64,000 bases of DNA. It comes from Geosiphon pyriformis uo1 (taxonomy: Eukaryota; Fungi; Glomeromycota). Below, in pieces: positions 48,776 through 61,200 of the stretch. The notes below the pieces were generated by a model. That model did not search any database. It worked only from the letters and a program-made list of their open reading frames with translations, and was not told where the DNA came from. Within the stretch, counting starts at the first letter, position 1. The number at the start of each line of letters is the position of its first letter. The DNA lies in NCBI GenBank assembly GCA_016748015.1, contig JAAOMT010000439.1, positions 900,719-964,718 of the forward strand, read 5' to 3'. A program made the translations under genes and the position numbers.

Positions 48776-51494
48776 ACGTCAATAGCAATTGCAGAGTATC
48801 TGGATAGCCGCCCATCAGAAAAGTGGTCATACGAAGAGTTTTTACAAATTTATCATGACATTATTCTTGTCAAGCCGCCGTTCAACGATGTTTGGAGTTC
48901 ACTAGATGGCTTTGCACAGAAGATTTCGCGGGGCAATTAAGTCACGCAATGGAAACGTCAATTTGGAAAAAAGAGTTTAAGTAAAAAAGTATATAAGTTT
49001 TTAAAAGTTTAGGATTTTAGCGGCAACGACAATCACGTATCTACTCGGTTGGGAGCATTAAATTTCTACTTAATCATCATTGGTTGCGTCACTCATGTTT
49101 AATGGTGGGATGCTGATTATATGGTTTTACTAATTCTGCCACCAACAAGATTGAGAGGAGTCGTGCTTACTGGAACAAACTGATTCTCAAATGTGAAGAA
49201 GTGGGTGTGAATCGAATACAAATTCGACGGCTAGGACTCATTACTCGAAGCATTGCTAATCGCTAGTATTATCAAGTTACAGATGGAACGGAGGTAATTA
49301 TAAACAAAGAAGCCTCGGAGTATCAGTCCAAGTCAACAGGAAAAAAATTTGTAAAAGGATAATTATACAACGATCATATCGGCACCGAACATGACAAGAG
49401 AGAATCTGCAATCCGTGGCTGTTCTTATAAGGTTATATACCCGCCACCCTTTTTTTGCATAGATCGTCATTGAAGAAGATAACGAGATCTACCAGAGCTC
49501 AAAACGGCGTGAAACCAGGCATCCTGCAGAGCAAATCGTAAGATATTTATTATCTTTTTCCCACGTTTTTATTCAATATTCAGAGTAACTGGCAATATTT
49601 GCACCAATTATTATCATACTACTGTTTCAAATTCAATATTGTGAGACTTTCGACTCACCTGAAGTCAAAAATAAATATAATTGAGAATTTAGTTATTCAA
49701 ATTTAAGAATATAATATTACTGACGCCCTTACTAAACTCTCAACTGTAAACAGGTATCCGTAGGAAAGGGTAAAAGAAAAGAATTCGACGGCCTTGTAAT
49801 TCTCCCGAAGCTGAAAAAGGTAAAGTTAAATTCTTAGATCCTAAAGTAATTCACTTTTTTGCGATCAGTTGGCAAATCACAGCAACTCTATTGGCCTATT
49901 ATAGATTTGCTTGATGAACGGACTATAGAAATGAACATCTCGTTCATTCCTCAATGGCTGTTTCAACCCGGATAACTGATGCATGCCAAGTCAAAGAAAA
50001 AATATGGAAAATGAAAGATGGTAATGAAAGGTACCTGAATTATATAATCAAAAGTTGTTTTATCATCTTAATGTTTTGTTGATAGGATATTTTTCTAGTC
50101 CTATATGGTGGCGAATTCTGGACCTTCGTCCTATGACCAACCGACTCGGTCCTGCTAACAAAAGAGCAAAGGAATTCATAACGAAGGAGACACTAAAGAT
50201 GTTTGCACCTCCAAAACTCATCTTATGACAAAGTGCTATAGATGAAGAAATAAATATAGTGCTGAATATGGTCAAGGTATATATTTGAAATGTCAATCAC
50301 TCCTTCAACTGACGGACTACAGAGTTTACCTTTTGGTGAAATATTGGCTCAATTCTAAAAATTTCCATCTATTGGAACTCTCGGAATACTTCAGAATCTG
50401 TCCTCAATTAAGAGTGTACAAATAGATCAGATGAATTTAAAAGAATTTCTAAAGGACAATGTGAAGATTGAAATGGTTCGAATGGATAAATTTGACTTGG
50501 AATCTGGAGGTGGTCTATCTATCACTAATGAGAAGATGGAAAAACTCTCTCAACACGCGGACATCATTGCACTCGCCTCTTGTGTTCATGAAAGGTAAAT
50601 ACATTATCCCCTTGCTAAGTTAATCTAGATGAATTAACAACCTTATGGCATTGCTCTACAATAGTATACGGTACTTGAACTCTGGTATCCTTCACACTAC
50701 TATGGGGGAGCGGACAGTGGATATCCATATATTCAAATCACTCTTCGATATACTGCAAATAAGCAATCTCGTCCAGATTCATTAGTAGGTATTCCTAGCT
50801 TCATTTAATTCCCTTTAATTTCACGATAACAATCGTTTGACACAAGATTCTTGACAACAGTGGCGAAGCGGAAAGTAGAGCATCGCGAACGCGGGCGAGA
50901 GCATATAAAGCATGATATCGAGTCTTCCCAAAAAGTATGCGGAGACCATTTTGATTGGCTATTCGCGGTAGGTGGATCAACAGACTTATNNNNNNNNNNN
51001 NNNNNNNNNNNNNNNNNNNNNNNNNNNNNNNNNNNNNNNNNNNNNNNNNNNNNNNNNNNNNNNNNNNNNNNNNNNNNNNNNNNNNNNNNNNNNNNNNNNN
51101 NNNNNNNNNNNNNNNNNNNNNNNNNNNNNNNNNNNNNNNNNNNNNNNNNNNNNNNNNNNNNNNNNNNNNNNNNNNNNNNNCGTTGTAGATTGCCCAATAC
51201 TGTTAACGCTCTAGCATCTGCCGTCGAGTCTGTGCGCCTGTTCATTCGGATTAGAGTAAGTTCTGTTGTACTATACTAAATCTTATATCTGCATACATGT
51301 TTTAATATTTCTTTATATTATAGAATATCATGAATTATTCCGCAAATCTCATCCAAGTTTTGATTAAGGAAGCCAAGGAAGTTCGGGATAACGTATCACA
51401 CATATCCTCTGTGGATAATGAGATCGCAACAATTCAAGATTTTGGAACCCCAGTGAAGCCTAAAACTAAACCGAAGCTAAAGATAAAGAAATAA
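48776..51494 (+). pseudogene. Multi-exon fungal gene of an expanded family with a possible C-terminal PD-(D/E)XK restriction-endonuclease-like fold; frameshifts and stops present
   Basis: Exon peptides AIAEYLDSRPSEKWSYEEFL...PPFNDVWSSLDG, IERSRAYWNKLI, SPIWWRILDL, MGERTVDIHIFK, KVCGDHFDWLF, CRLPNT...FGTPVKPK* (TAA 51492). gt..ag introns, e.g. 48989-49149, 50031-50084, 50594-50665, 51257-51323. The presumed start reads ACG. The fold assignment is an inference. Confidence 0.7.
50990..51180. other. Assembly gap (191 N)
   Basis: Run of N. Confidence 1.
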
Positions 51495-52210
51495 AGAAAT
51501 AGTGTAGGGTGTTTACGGTCTCCCTCATGGATATCGAATAAGTGGGTTTTGAATTCGACCCCCGCTCCAAAATCATTTCACAAAACTTAACGCTTATTCA
51601 ATAATTTTATTAAAGGCCAAAGCTTTTAACAACTCGAACAATATGGAGCTTGAAACTAATTTACATTAAATTCACCATGGAACCGAAAAATTACAGCATC
51701 ATCAAAAGTATTATAAAAAATTGCACCTTATGTTTTCAAAATAGTTGATATCAAAATTTATTCGAGAATACTTAGATAAAGAAGGAATTACTTATGAGAT
51801 TTGCCAGAAAGAAAAGGTCATCAAAAGAGCATTGGAAAATTCAAATCAAAACCAAGGAAAAAGAGAAAAATATCAGAAGTGTAATAAGATATAGGAGTAA
51901 CCTTATATATTTTTAATAAACTATGTAGAAAATATTTCACAAAACCAGACAAATTAAACATAAAATATATTATATAATTAAGATAATTGAATACATAAAA
52001 GTGATAGAATTCTTAAAAACAGATTATAATTGTGATTGCTCTATTAAAGTTCTTAAAGAAAAGTTTGTGAAAATGTATAAAACTTTTTAAGCTCTTTTAA
52101 AGTCAAAAAAAGATATTTTTTTAATAATTTAGTCCAAGACCATAAATAGTAAATTCATAAATGCTAATCATTATTTTAAAAAAAAAGCTTACATTAATAA
52201 AAAACAATAT

Positions 52211-55200
52211 TGTTACAGATTGGAGTAACAAGCTAACAAATAGTAAAAAAAAACAGGATTGTAGAGTAATAGAAATAATTAAAGAGAAAATTACAATAAA
52301 AGAGCAAATTGAATATGTATAAATTCAATGTGTATAGTTTTATATAAATCACAGTCACAAATCTTTTCTGGAAATCTGAAGATAGAAGAATAATCTGTGA
52401 TTGTCAACAAAATAATACTGCTGCTATTATTCTATGTCTCAATTTGGTGATTTTTAGAATCAATAACAGGTATCATTATGCTTTTTAATTATTTCTTTAT
52501 TCAATAAATCACAAAAATAAGCAATTGTTTCTCAGACTAATTCTAACAAATACAAATTAAGAAGGGGAAAAGATAAGGTATGTGAATGCCAACAAGTAAT
52601 CTTTTATTCCAAGATGTTCAGATACTTGAAAGTAGGGAAAAAAAAATAAGTAATATAAAAGAAAGTAATTGATAGTGTTTTTTTTTGTTATTTTGATCAT
52701 GTTTTTTTATAGTTAAGAGACTCATTACTTATATAACTCTTGAAAGTAGTCAACAACCAGATCAATAACTAGATCAATAATCAGGTCAATAATCAGGTTA
52801 ATGATTACTATTTAAAAATAGAGTGACTAATTATATAACATCAGTGACTAATACATGTGATAACTAATAAAAAATATAGGTTTTAATCATAATATTATTT
52901 TCTTCAAAGAGATTGAACTCTGATGAAATCAAGCTATTTATAAGATAATTTATTTAAAGAGTTTTGTCTAACTCAAAGCTAATTAGTTTATTAAAATTTT
53001 TGGTGAATAAAATATAATATTTGAAACAAAATGAGTTTTGTGTTTAAAAGACCAAATCTTTATATAAAAGTTTTGGCTCTTTTAGCAATAATTAAAACTC
53101 TTGAAACATCTAATCATATAATGTCCAAAATTTCTGTTTGTATCTTTAAAGTTGTTTTCTTTATAAGTTTTATATTTTTTATGATTTTACCAAGGCAACT
53201 ATAGAGTTCTAATTGTCTTTTATATAATAAGTTTTTGTCTATGAACAGGATTTTTTGGAGTGTATTTTCAATTATGTTGAAAAGTGGGAGTATAACTGCT
53301 GTTATACTTTTTAACAGATATTTATCTATTTTGCTATTAATTTTTTCTCTTATAATAATAGTTTTCTTGAGTCTAATAACAGTATGTGTTCTATTATTAT
53401 TAGTTATGGTAGTCTGTTTTTTAATAATCAGAGTAGCATTTAGATAGTTTTTGATTCAATATTCATAGAGAATATAGAAAACATTTTGAATGTTTTGATC
53501 CAAAAAATAATTATTTATGTTGATTTAAAATACCTCTGTTTTGGAAATGTTGTATTTATTTGTACTTGATTTTTGTTGATTATTTGGGTTGGTATTACTA
53601 CAACAGACAACCAATCAGATCATTTGTAATATTTTTTGAGTTGTATATCATAAACAGAATGATTATTAAAGATTGTTTTGAATTGATTTTGTAAAATATA
53701 AAAACCATTGATCAAAACTTTGTTGACTATAAAAGGTTTTTTTTACTAGCTAGAAAATTTATCACCATAGACATTGTTTCTGTATAAATAGTATTTCAAT
53801 ACTAAGTCACTAACATTTAAAGAAAGTGTTTTATAAATTTTTTTTTACTTAAGCTTTTTTTGGAACTGTTTTATTTTTCAAAAGCAATTATTTATATTTC
53901 TATTAAGGAGTCAAAAATAATATCAAGTTTTCTTTGCAAAATGTCTTTGTAATTTTTTATTGTAATTTTTTTAAAGAATTGTCTTAATATTAGTTTCTAT
54001 TAGTAGTGTTGTTATATATTCATAGAACAGATAAAAGAGTTTATAACTTGTTATGTCATAATTTACAATTCTATAAGCAAACAAAGCTAAAAGCAGTATT
54101 TTGTCTTATAAGTTTGTTTTTTTACTGGTTTTGGTTAAGGTTTCACATAGTGTTCTATTAAAATATTCTATTAAGTTATTTGTTTGAAAGTGGTAAGAAA
54201 AAGAAAGTTTATAACATATTTCCAATTTTCTACAAAATTTTTTAATCAGTATACTAAGAAAAGCTCTTTCTCTATCAAATAAAATCTTTTTGGAGCAGTC
54301 ATAATAACAAATAATATTTTCATAAATGAAATTGGCTATTGAGACTGCTATTTGGTCTAAAGTGGCTCTTGTTTTTATTCACTTTGTAAAATAGTTAATA
54401 GCTATGATAATGTATTTATTATTATTGTTACATGTAAGTATTTGGGATTTCAAATCAAATAACAAATTCATAACTTGGTGCTTAATAGCTAATATGATTG
54501 GTAAGATCTGAAGATTTTGGTTAAGTTTTTTGTATAATGAACAGAGATTCAATAGTTGTTTTCAGTCACCTTTTGGAATTGTAATTCTATCAATTCTTAT
54601 TTTGACATAGTGGCTGGTAATCTTTTGATAAGCTATTCTTAAATCTGAGTATTTACCCTTATTTTTGGGTTTTTTACTAGTGCTATATCCTAACATTAGT
54701 ACTCTGTACATTAATTTTTTTAAATTAATTAGTAAATCAACAACAAAAAAAATAAAAAATAAAAAAAAAATAAAAAAATAAAAATAAAATAAGCCAAGAC
54801 AAGAAAAGTTAGTATTCTGTCAATAGTCATAATTAAGAGTTATTGTTCCAGTGTAGTCAAATAGCTGTTACTATCAACACTTCATGTTAATAATAAACAA
54901 TTGGATTAATATAACTAATAAGTATATTTGTTGATAGTATGAATGTATAGATTCTAATTAGAAAGTAAAACTGAAATTTTTTTTTCTGTTTCTAATGCTA
55001 CTGCTATATATACATAATTCAGATTTCTTAATTTCTCAATTTTTCACACCAGAAATCCTGGAATTCCTAGAATCTTGCAATTTTTTAAGAGGAATTCTGC
55101 AATTCTGCAATTTTTATACAAAAATTTTGGAATTCTGGAATTCTGCAATTTCTTTAAGTGAAATCCTGGAATTTTCTATTTACTATATTTATTTCTGATT

Positions 55201-58200
55201 GGCTAATTTATATATTAATATAATTTTTATATTTTATGAATAATATTATTTTCTTTTTTTAATATTGAGCTCTGTTAAGATCTCTTAACTCTTTTAATTC
55301 TTCAGATTGAATTATATTTTAAACTATTTTCTCTAAAATTACTTGTATTATTCTGAGCTATAATTCCTCAAACTGGGCATTGGTCATTTTACCTATTTAA
55401 TTAGTAGTAATTGTATCCATTTTTGAATTGAGTAATATTTTTGGTTAGTCTTGAAATTCAGCTTGTAATTAATATATTGTTCTTGTTTATATAATTAGAT
55501 TGTTTTTTTTCCACAAATTGTTTAAGTTGTTGTAGTATTTTTGTATCAAATAATCACTTTGTTTTATTTGTATATAAGTTCTGAATATTCAAGTGTTGTT
55601 CCAAGTAAAAATAATAAAAGTTTCTTTGAAATTGTTGTATCCACTAGTTCTAAGTTTCTTTGGTCACTTCTTGATATAGTATGTAAAGATTAGTGAGTTC
55701 AATTTTTTTTGATTTACAAATTGTAGTTTTTATTTCAAAAATTTGGGTTTGATCTTTTCTTTTTTTTTCTTTAACTAACATGTACTAGTCATATAACTGA
55801 ATGAAAATTGATTAATAGATAAAGATAATTTCTTCCTTGTTAATAATTTTTTCTTTTGTCATATTGACTAGTATGTCTATTTTACCTATAGATCCAAATT
55901 CACTAATTCCTTTTGCTGTTATTCCTAATTTCTTTCTTTTTCTTATTGATACTAACTGAGCTATTTTAACAGAAACAGGAATATTGTTTGTGCTATCTTT
56001 TTATTTGGTTCAATGATATATGGTTTTTTCGAATTATTTTGTAGTATTGTAATAATATTTTTCACATATCCTGCATCAATTATTCTTTCTCTTATATTAA
56101 TTTTTTTTTTCACTAAACTATTCTTAGATGCTTGTTAAACTATTGTTGTTGTTAGAATTTTCAGTGTTACTTTCAGATTAATACATGTGTGCAAATGTGG
56201 TTTCAATTTGATGGCATCTTTTTCTGAATATCTTAAATTAAATTCTACATTGGTATTATGTGTATATTTTGGCATAATACTTTCATTATTATTACTGAAT
56301 CACTTTAATTTCTGCTTCTTAAAAAAATCAAAGAGTACAATATATTTTTTGAAGTTATAATTGGAGTTCGAATCATTGTTGTCATTATTGTCATTTTTAT
56401 TTAAGCTAAAACTGTTGTTTTTGTTATCATTATTAGAATTTCAATTAGGATTGAACATTGATTCTGATTCTAATATGCAGCTGCTGATTGGTTTTTTTTT
56501 TCTGGAATCATTTAGATCATGTATGGTAATAAATTGTAGATGAAATCACACTCATTACAGTATTGGAAGTTACATGAGATCAAACAATAGTTACATAGTC
56601 AAGTATTTAGTTGTTCTAAATGCTGTTTTTGTTTTTTTCTTGTGGATATTAAATTCTGATAGTGCTCATAAAATTCTTCTGAACTTGCTTTAATGTCAAA
56701 AAATACATTAAGATTGGGAATAAAAATAATGTCAACTGGTTTTAGTGAGTTGTTCTTTATTTCCAAAATTTTATTGAGTAAAATACCTTCTATTTTGGCT
56801 TTTGTTATTCTCCAAATTTCATCTTTATTATGTGAGTAACTCTTTAAGCATAACAAAACTCAGTTCTATGTAGCATTAAAAGCATTTTATGACTTACCCA
56901 ATCACTGATGAGAATTGTGTATTAACACAAAACATTGTATGTTTTTCCTTGACCAGGAATGTCATTTTACATTTCTTCATTAATTAGAATTTTCCCATAA
57001 GTAAGACATAGTTTATTGTCTCATTTTTTTTGTCTTTTTGGGTAGTTATAACGTTTCTGGTAACATAACTTACAGTAATAGTGTGTATATGTTCAATAGT
57101 CTTTATTAGGCACAATTCAAGCTCCAATAGAGAACAGCTTTTTCTTGCAGTTCTTGCACTTAAGAGAAATATATAATGGCTCTAATCTGGTATTGGTTGA
57201 ATAAGATTTTTCCCAATTACTGGTGGTATTACAGTTGGTGGTATTTTCTTGTGGCTTGTTTTTTTTTTTTCTTTTTTTTTGTTGTTCCAAGAGAGTATTA
57301 GTGGCAATTTGTTGTAGTTGGTATCAGTTCACAAAACTTGGTAGGCTTTTCAAATAGGTTTTTTCTCTTCTTTTTCTAACTCAATTAGTGGCTGTTTATT
57401 AGTAGTGATCTTAAAATAATCACAAGTGGCTGGTGCTTTAGTGTGTTGGCTGTTTTGACTGAGTTGTAGCTTCTGGGTGTTTCAGTTAAGCACAGCATTA
57501 GTCTTAGACAGCCAGTTATTACCAACTAGTGCTTAGTATTGGATGGTTCTATAATGAAAACTTTAATTGGCATGATGATGTCATTGACTTCAAAAGAAAA
57601 GTTATTGATTTCGCCTATTAAAGTCTTTGTTCCATCAGCAGTGATTATTTGTGCACTGGCAGTGTGATCAACTTAGCAACCTAATTGATTTATGAGTTGT
57701 TATGTAATGATACTGCCAGCTGATCTATTGTCTAAGATCAGTTTAATGGGCTGATCATCCACTTTAGTATCTGTATATATTACAGTAATGAGTTTTGATT
57801 CTAAAATGACTCTACTGAATAGTGGTGTTTCAACTGGTTTCTTGAGTTTAAAAGAAAAGATAGCAGTAAGTAATTTATTTTCAGTAATAGTTGCTGAAGA
57901 TATGTTGTTAGTAAATAGTTGCATTTGATTAGGTTTCTGGTTGCTGGGTTTGGCATCTTCTGAGGTAACCAGGAGACTTAAATAGTTTTGGAAATTTGAG
58001 TTTTGGCTGTACCCAATTTTCAAACTTCATTGGCATGATTCTGATGGCTGTTGAAATGAGCTGGAAATTGGTTAATATATTACTATTGCCAATTGCCAGT
58101 TTTGTTAAATGCTAGTGATTCTCGGTCTTAGATTTTTAGACATTTAAGCTAGAATTTGTGGCAGTATTTGAAGTTGTAGAGGTTGATAAATTACTTATGA

Positions 58201-61200
58201 CTGTGGTTAATAAATAACTGGAACTGGGATTTGATAGATTAGAGATTTGTATATTGGTTGTTACATCATTTGTGGATAATGAAATTAATATTGATTCAAT
58301 TGATAGATTGTTGGCATAGTTCTGGATTTGAAATTTGCAATCAGGGTTTTAATATTGATTATTTAATTGTTGATTATTTATTCTGACATAACAGTCAACT
58401 CTGATGTGACTTTATTTACTACAATTGTGGCAAATATGTGTCTCTTGCTGCCATGATAAACAAGTTGTTATTAACATAGAATGTAACTGATTTTGGTGTT
58501 AATTAAAAATTCTGGGATTGTCATAACATTGTGATGGTTAATATATGACCTGATTGTTGTTAGCTAAGTACCTCTCTAGTTTCTGATTGATTAAATTACT
58601 GAATTGTTTCAATTTGAAATCCAATTCAGATAATCTATTCATTACTAGATTTATGGCTTGGGCATAATGACTTCTAATTCTGCTGTTTCAAAGTCTCCAG
58701 CATATATAACTGCAGCTTGAAATGTGACTAAATGTAATAGTTATATGTGTTATAGAATACTGCTACATAATCTATAAATGAACTGATTTAAGATTTAGGC
58801 TACTATAAAATAATCGGCATTGATGGTTTGAATTTAGTGCAAATTTTTATAAAAACATCCTAAATAAGTAATAACTGTTTTAGTTTCTTCTTGTTTAATA
58901 GTTGTGAAAGTATTGGCTAGACAATTAATACTATTATTGTTATTAAAATATCTCAAAAATTCAACTTTGAATGTATTAAAATCTTGGGGTTTCTGAATTA
59001 AGCTTTAATATCATAAATTGGCAATATCTTGAAGAAAATATGAGATTGCCTATAATGCTCTGACATTGTCCCATCTATTGGTTGCAATGGCTTTTTCTAC
59101 ATAGTTGAGTTATACTTGGGCATTGTTTTTTTTATGAGTGAATTTCTCTAGTTTTGTGATTGGTATATATATCATTGAAGTTAAGAGTTATTGTTGTGAT
59201 TGTGGTTGCTGTTAAAGTTGCTGTTAGAGTGGTGGTTGTAACTGTGGTTGTTGTTATTTGGCAATTGGTGAAACTGGTGGTAGATCAATTATGATTACTA
59301 AAGGTAAGTTTTAGAGAACAATAGAAATAATATTTGAATTGTTTTGATTTTGTTAAGTTGAAATGATCAAAGTTTGAATGTCCAGGTTTTTTGGGATCAG
59401 ATTTTGACTATTAATTTCTTGATTGCTGTCTTTTTCTCTCTCAAAGTCAGTTATTTTATAAGGACTAGCAGCTCTGAAATCTGGTTGTGATGGCAGTAAT
59501 CAAACTTCTAATGGCATTGGAAATTGCAATTTAAATTTCTTAAAATAATTGCCATAAGTTCCTAATAATTCTGCTTTCTTTTGTTTACTTTGGAATAAAT
59601 TTTTGTTTAATGGTGTTGTCACATTTACTATGAACACACTTGTTAATGTTATATTGATAATGCTTTCAGATATATAGTAATATGATGGATTTGCAGAAGA
59701 ATCAACTCTTTGTTTCTTCTAAGTAGATAATTGTATTTGTTTTAAGATTTCTGCTGGTGTTTGTAATCTTCCTTTTTCTTTGTTAGCAAAAGTAATAGGG
59801 AATTTTTGTTTAGTGTATTTTTCAATTTTTCTGTTTATTTCTGTAATTATTAGTGAAAATAGATAATTTTGTAATAATATGGTATTTTGGAGTAGTTTAC
59901 TAAAGAAATTGTTGAAGGCAGATTCTGGATCTCTTTGGCCTTCCAAATAATATACAATCTTTTTGTTGATGTAGCAATTAAAAGCTAATTTTATTGGCCA
60001 ATTATTATTTTTTAATCTCAAATGACTTTTGTAATGCTGAAATAAGAATTTTGCAAATCCCAAGTGGTTTGTTTTTGTTTCTTCTGATTTTGCCACTGTT
60101 TTGGATGGTTGTTGTTGGTGCTAGTTTTTTGTTGAATTATATCTCACAGGGAGCACCAAATGTTACACATGAGTATTTGGGATCTTAAATCAAATAACAA
60201 ATTCATTACTTAGTGCTTAATAGCTAATATAATTGGTAAGATCTGAAGGATTTTTGCATCTGAAAGTTTTGGTTAAATCTTTTGTATAATAAACAAAGAT
60301 TCAATAGTTGTTTTCAGTTGCCTCTTGGAATTACAATTTCATCAATTTTTATCTTAGCATGGTGACTGGCAATTTTCTGGTAAGTTATTCTCAAATCTAA
60401 GTGTTTATTTTTATTTCTGAGTTTTTTACCAGTGCTATATTTTAACATTAATACTTTGCATATTAATTCTTTTAAATCAATTAGTAAATCAACAACAAAA
60501 AGAAAAAAAAATAAAAAAAAATAAAAAAATGAAAATAAAATAAGCCAAGACAAGAAAAATTAGTATTTTATTAATAGCTATGATCAAGAGCTATTGTTCT
60601 AGTGTGGTCAAATAGCTATTATTATCAACATAAAGTGTTGATAGTAAACAATTGGATTAATATAATTAATAAGTATATTTATTGATAATATGAATGTATG
60701 GATTTTAACTAGGAAGTAGAACTAAGATCTTTTTTTCTGCTTTTAATGTTACTATTATATATCTATAATTGAGATTTTTCAATTCCTTAATTCTTTTTAC
60801 CAAGAATCCTAGAATTCCTGAAATCTTGCAATTCCTTGAAGAATCTTAGAATTTTGAAATTCTGCAATTCTGGAATTCTGCAATTTCTCTAAAAAAAATT
60901 CTGGAATTTTCTATTTACTATGTCTACTTTTAATTGGCTAATTTATATACTAATATGATTCCTATATTTTATGAGTATTATTATTAAGAGTTATTGTTAA
61001 AGATCTAACAACATTTATACCAATTTTGTCAAATTATTGATCAACAAAAATTGGATAAATATTTTCTTTGCAATTGGGTTTTTTCTTCTTTGGCAAGTAT
61101 CATAAGTTTTGATATACTTAGCAATATTTTTTTCAAAATAGACCAATAATAGCAAGCTAGAGTTTTCTGAATTGTTTTTGTTTTTTTAAAATGTCCAGCT

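Noticed and set aside
49012-49035. 24-nt microexon (tttag GATTTTAGCGGCAACGACAATCAC gtatct) amplified in the array
   Set aside because: The upstream intron would be only about 23-38 nt and the donor is weak. A single intron 48989-49149 gives a sensible join (VKK|IERSRAYW). Needs RNA-seq.
51640-52210. Possible gene or transposase fragment after the pseudogene
   Set aside because: Multiple stops and no motif I can recognise.
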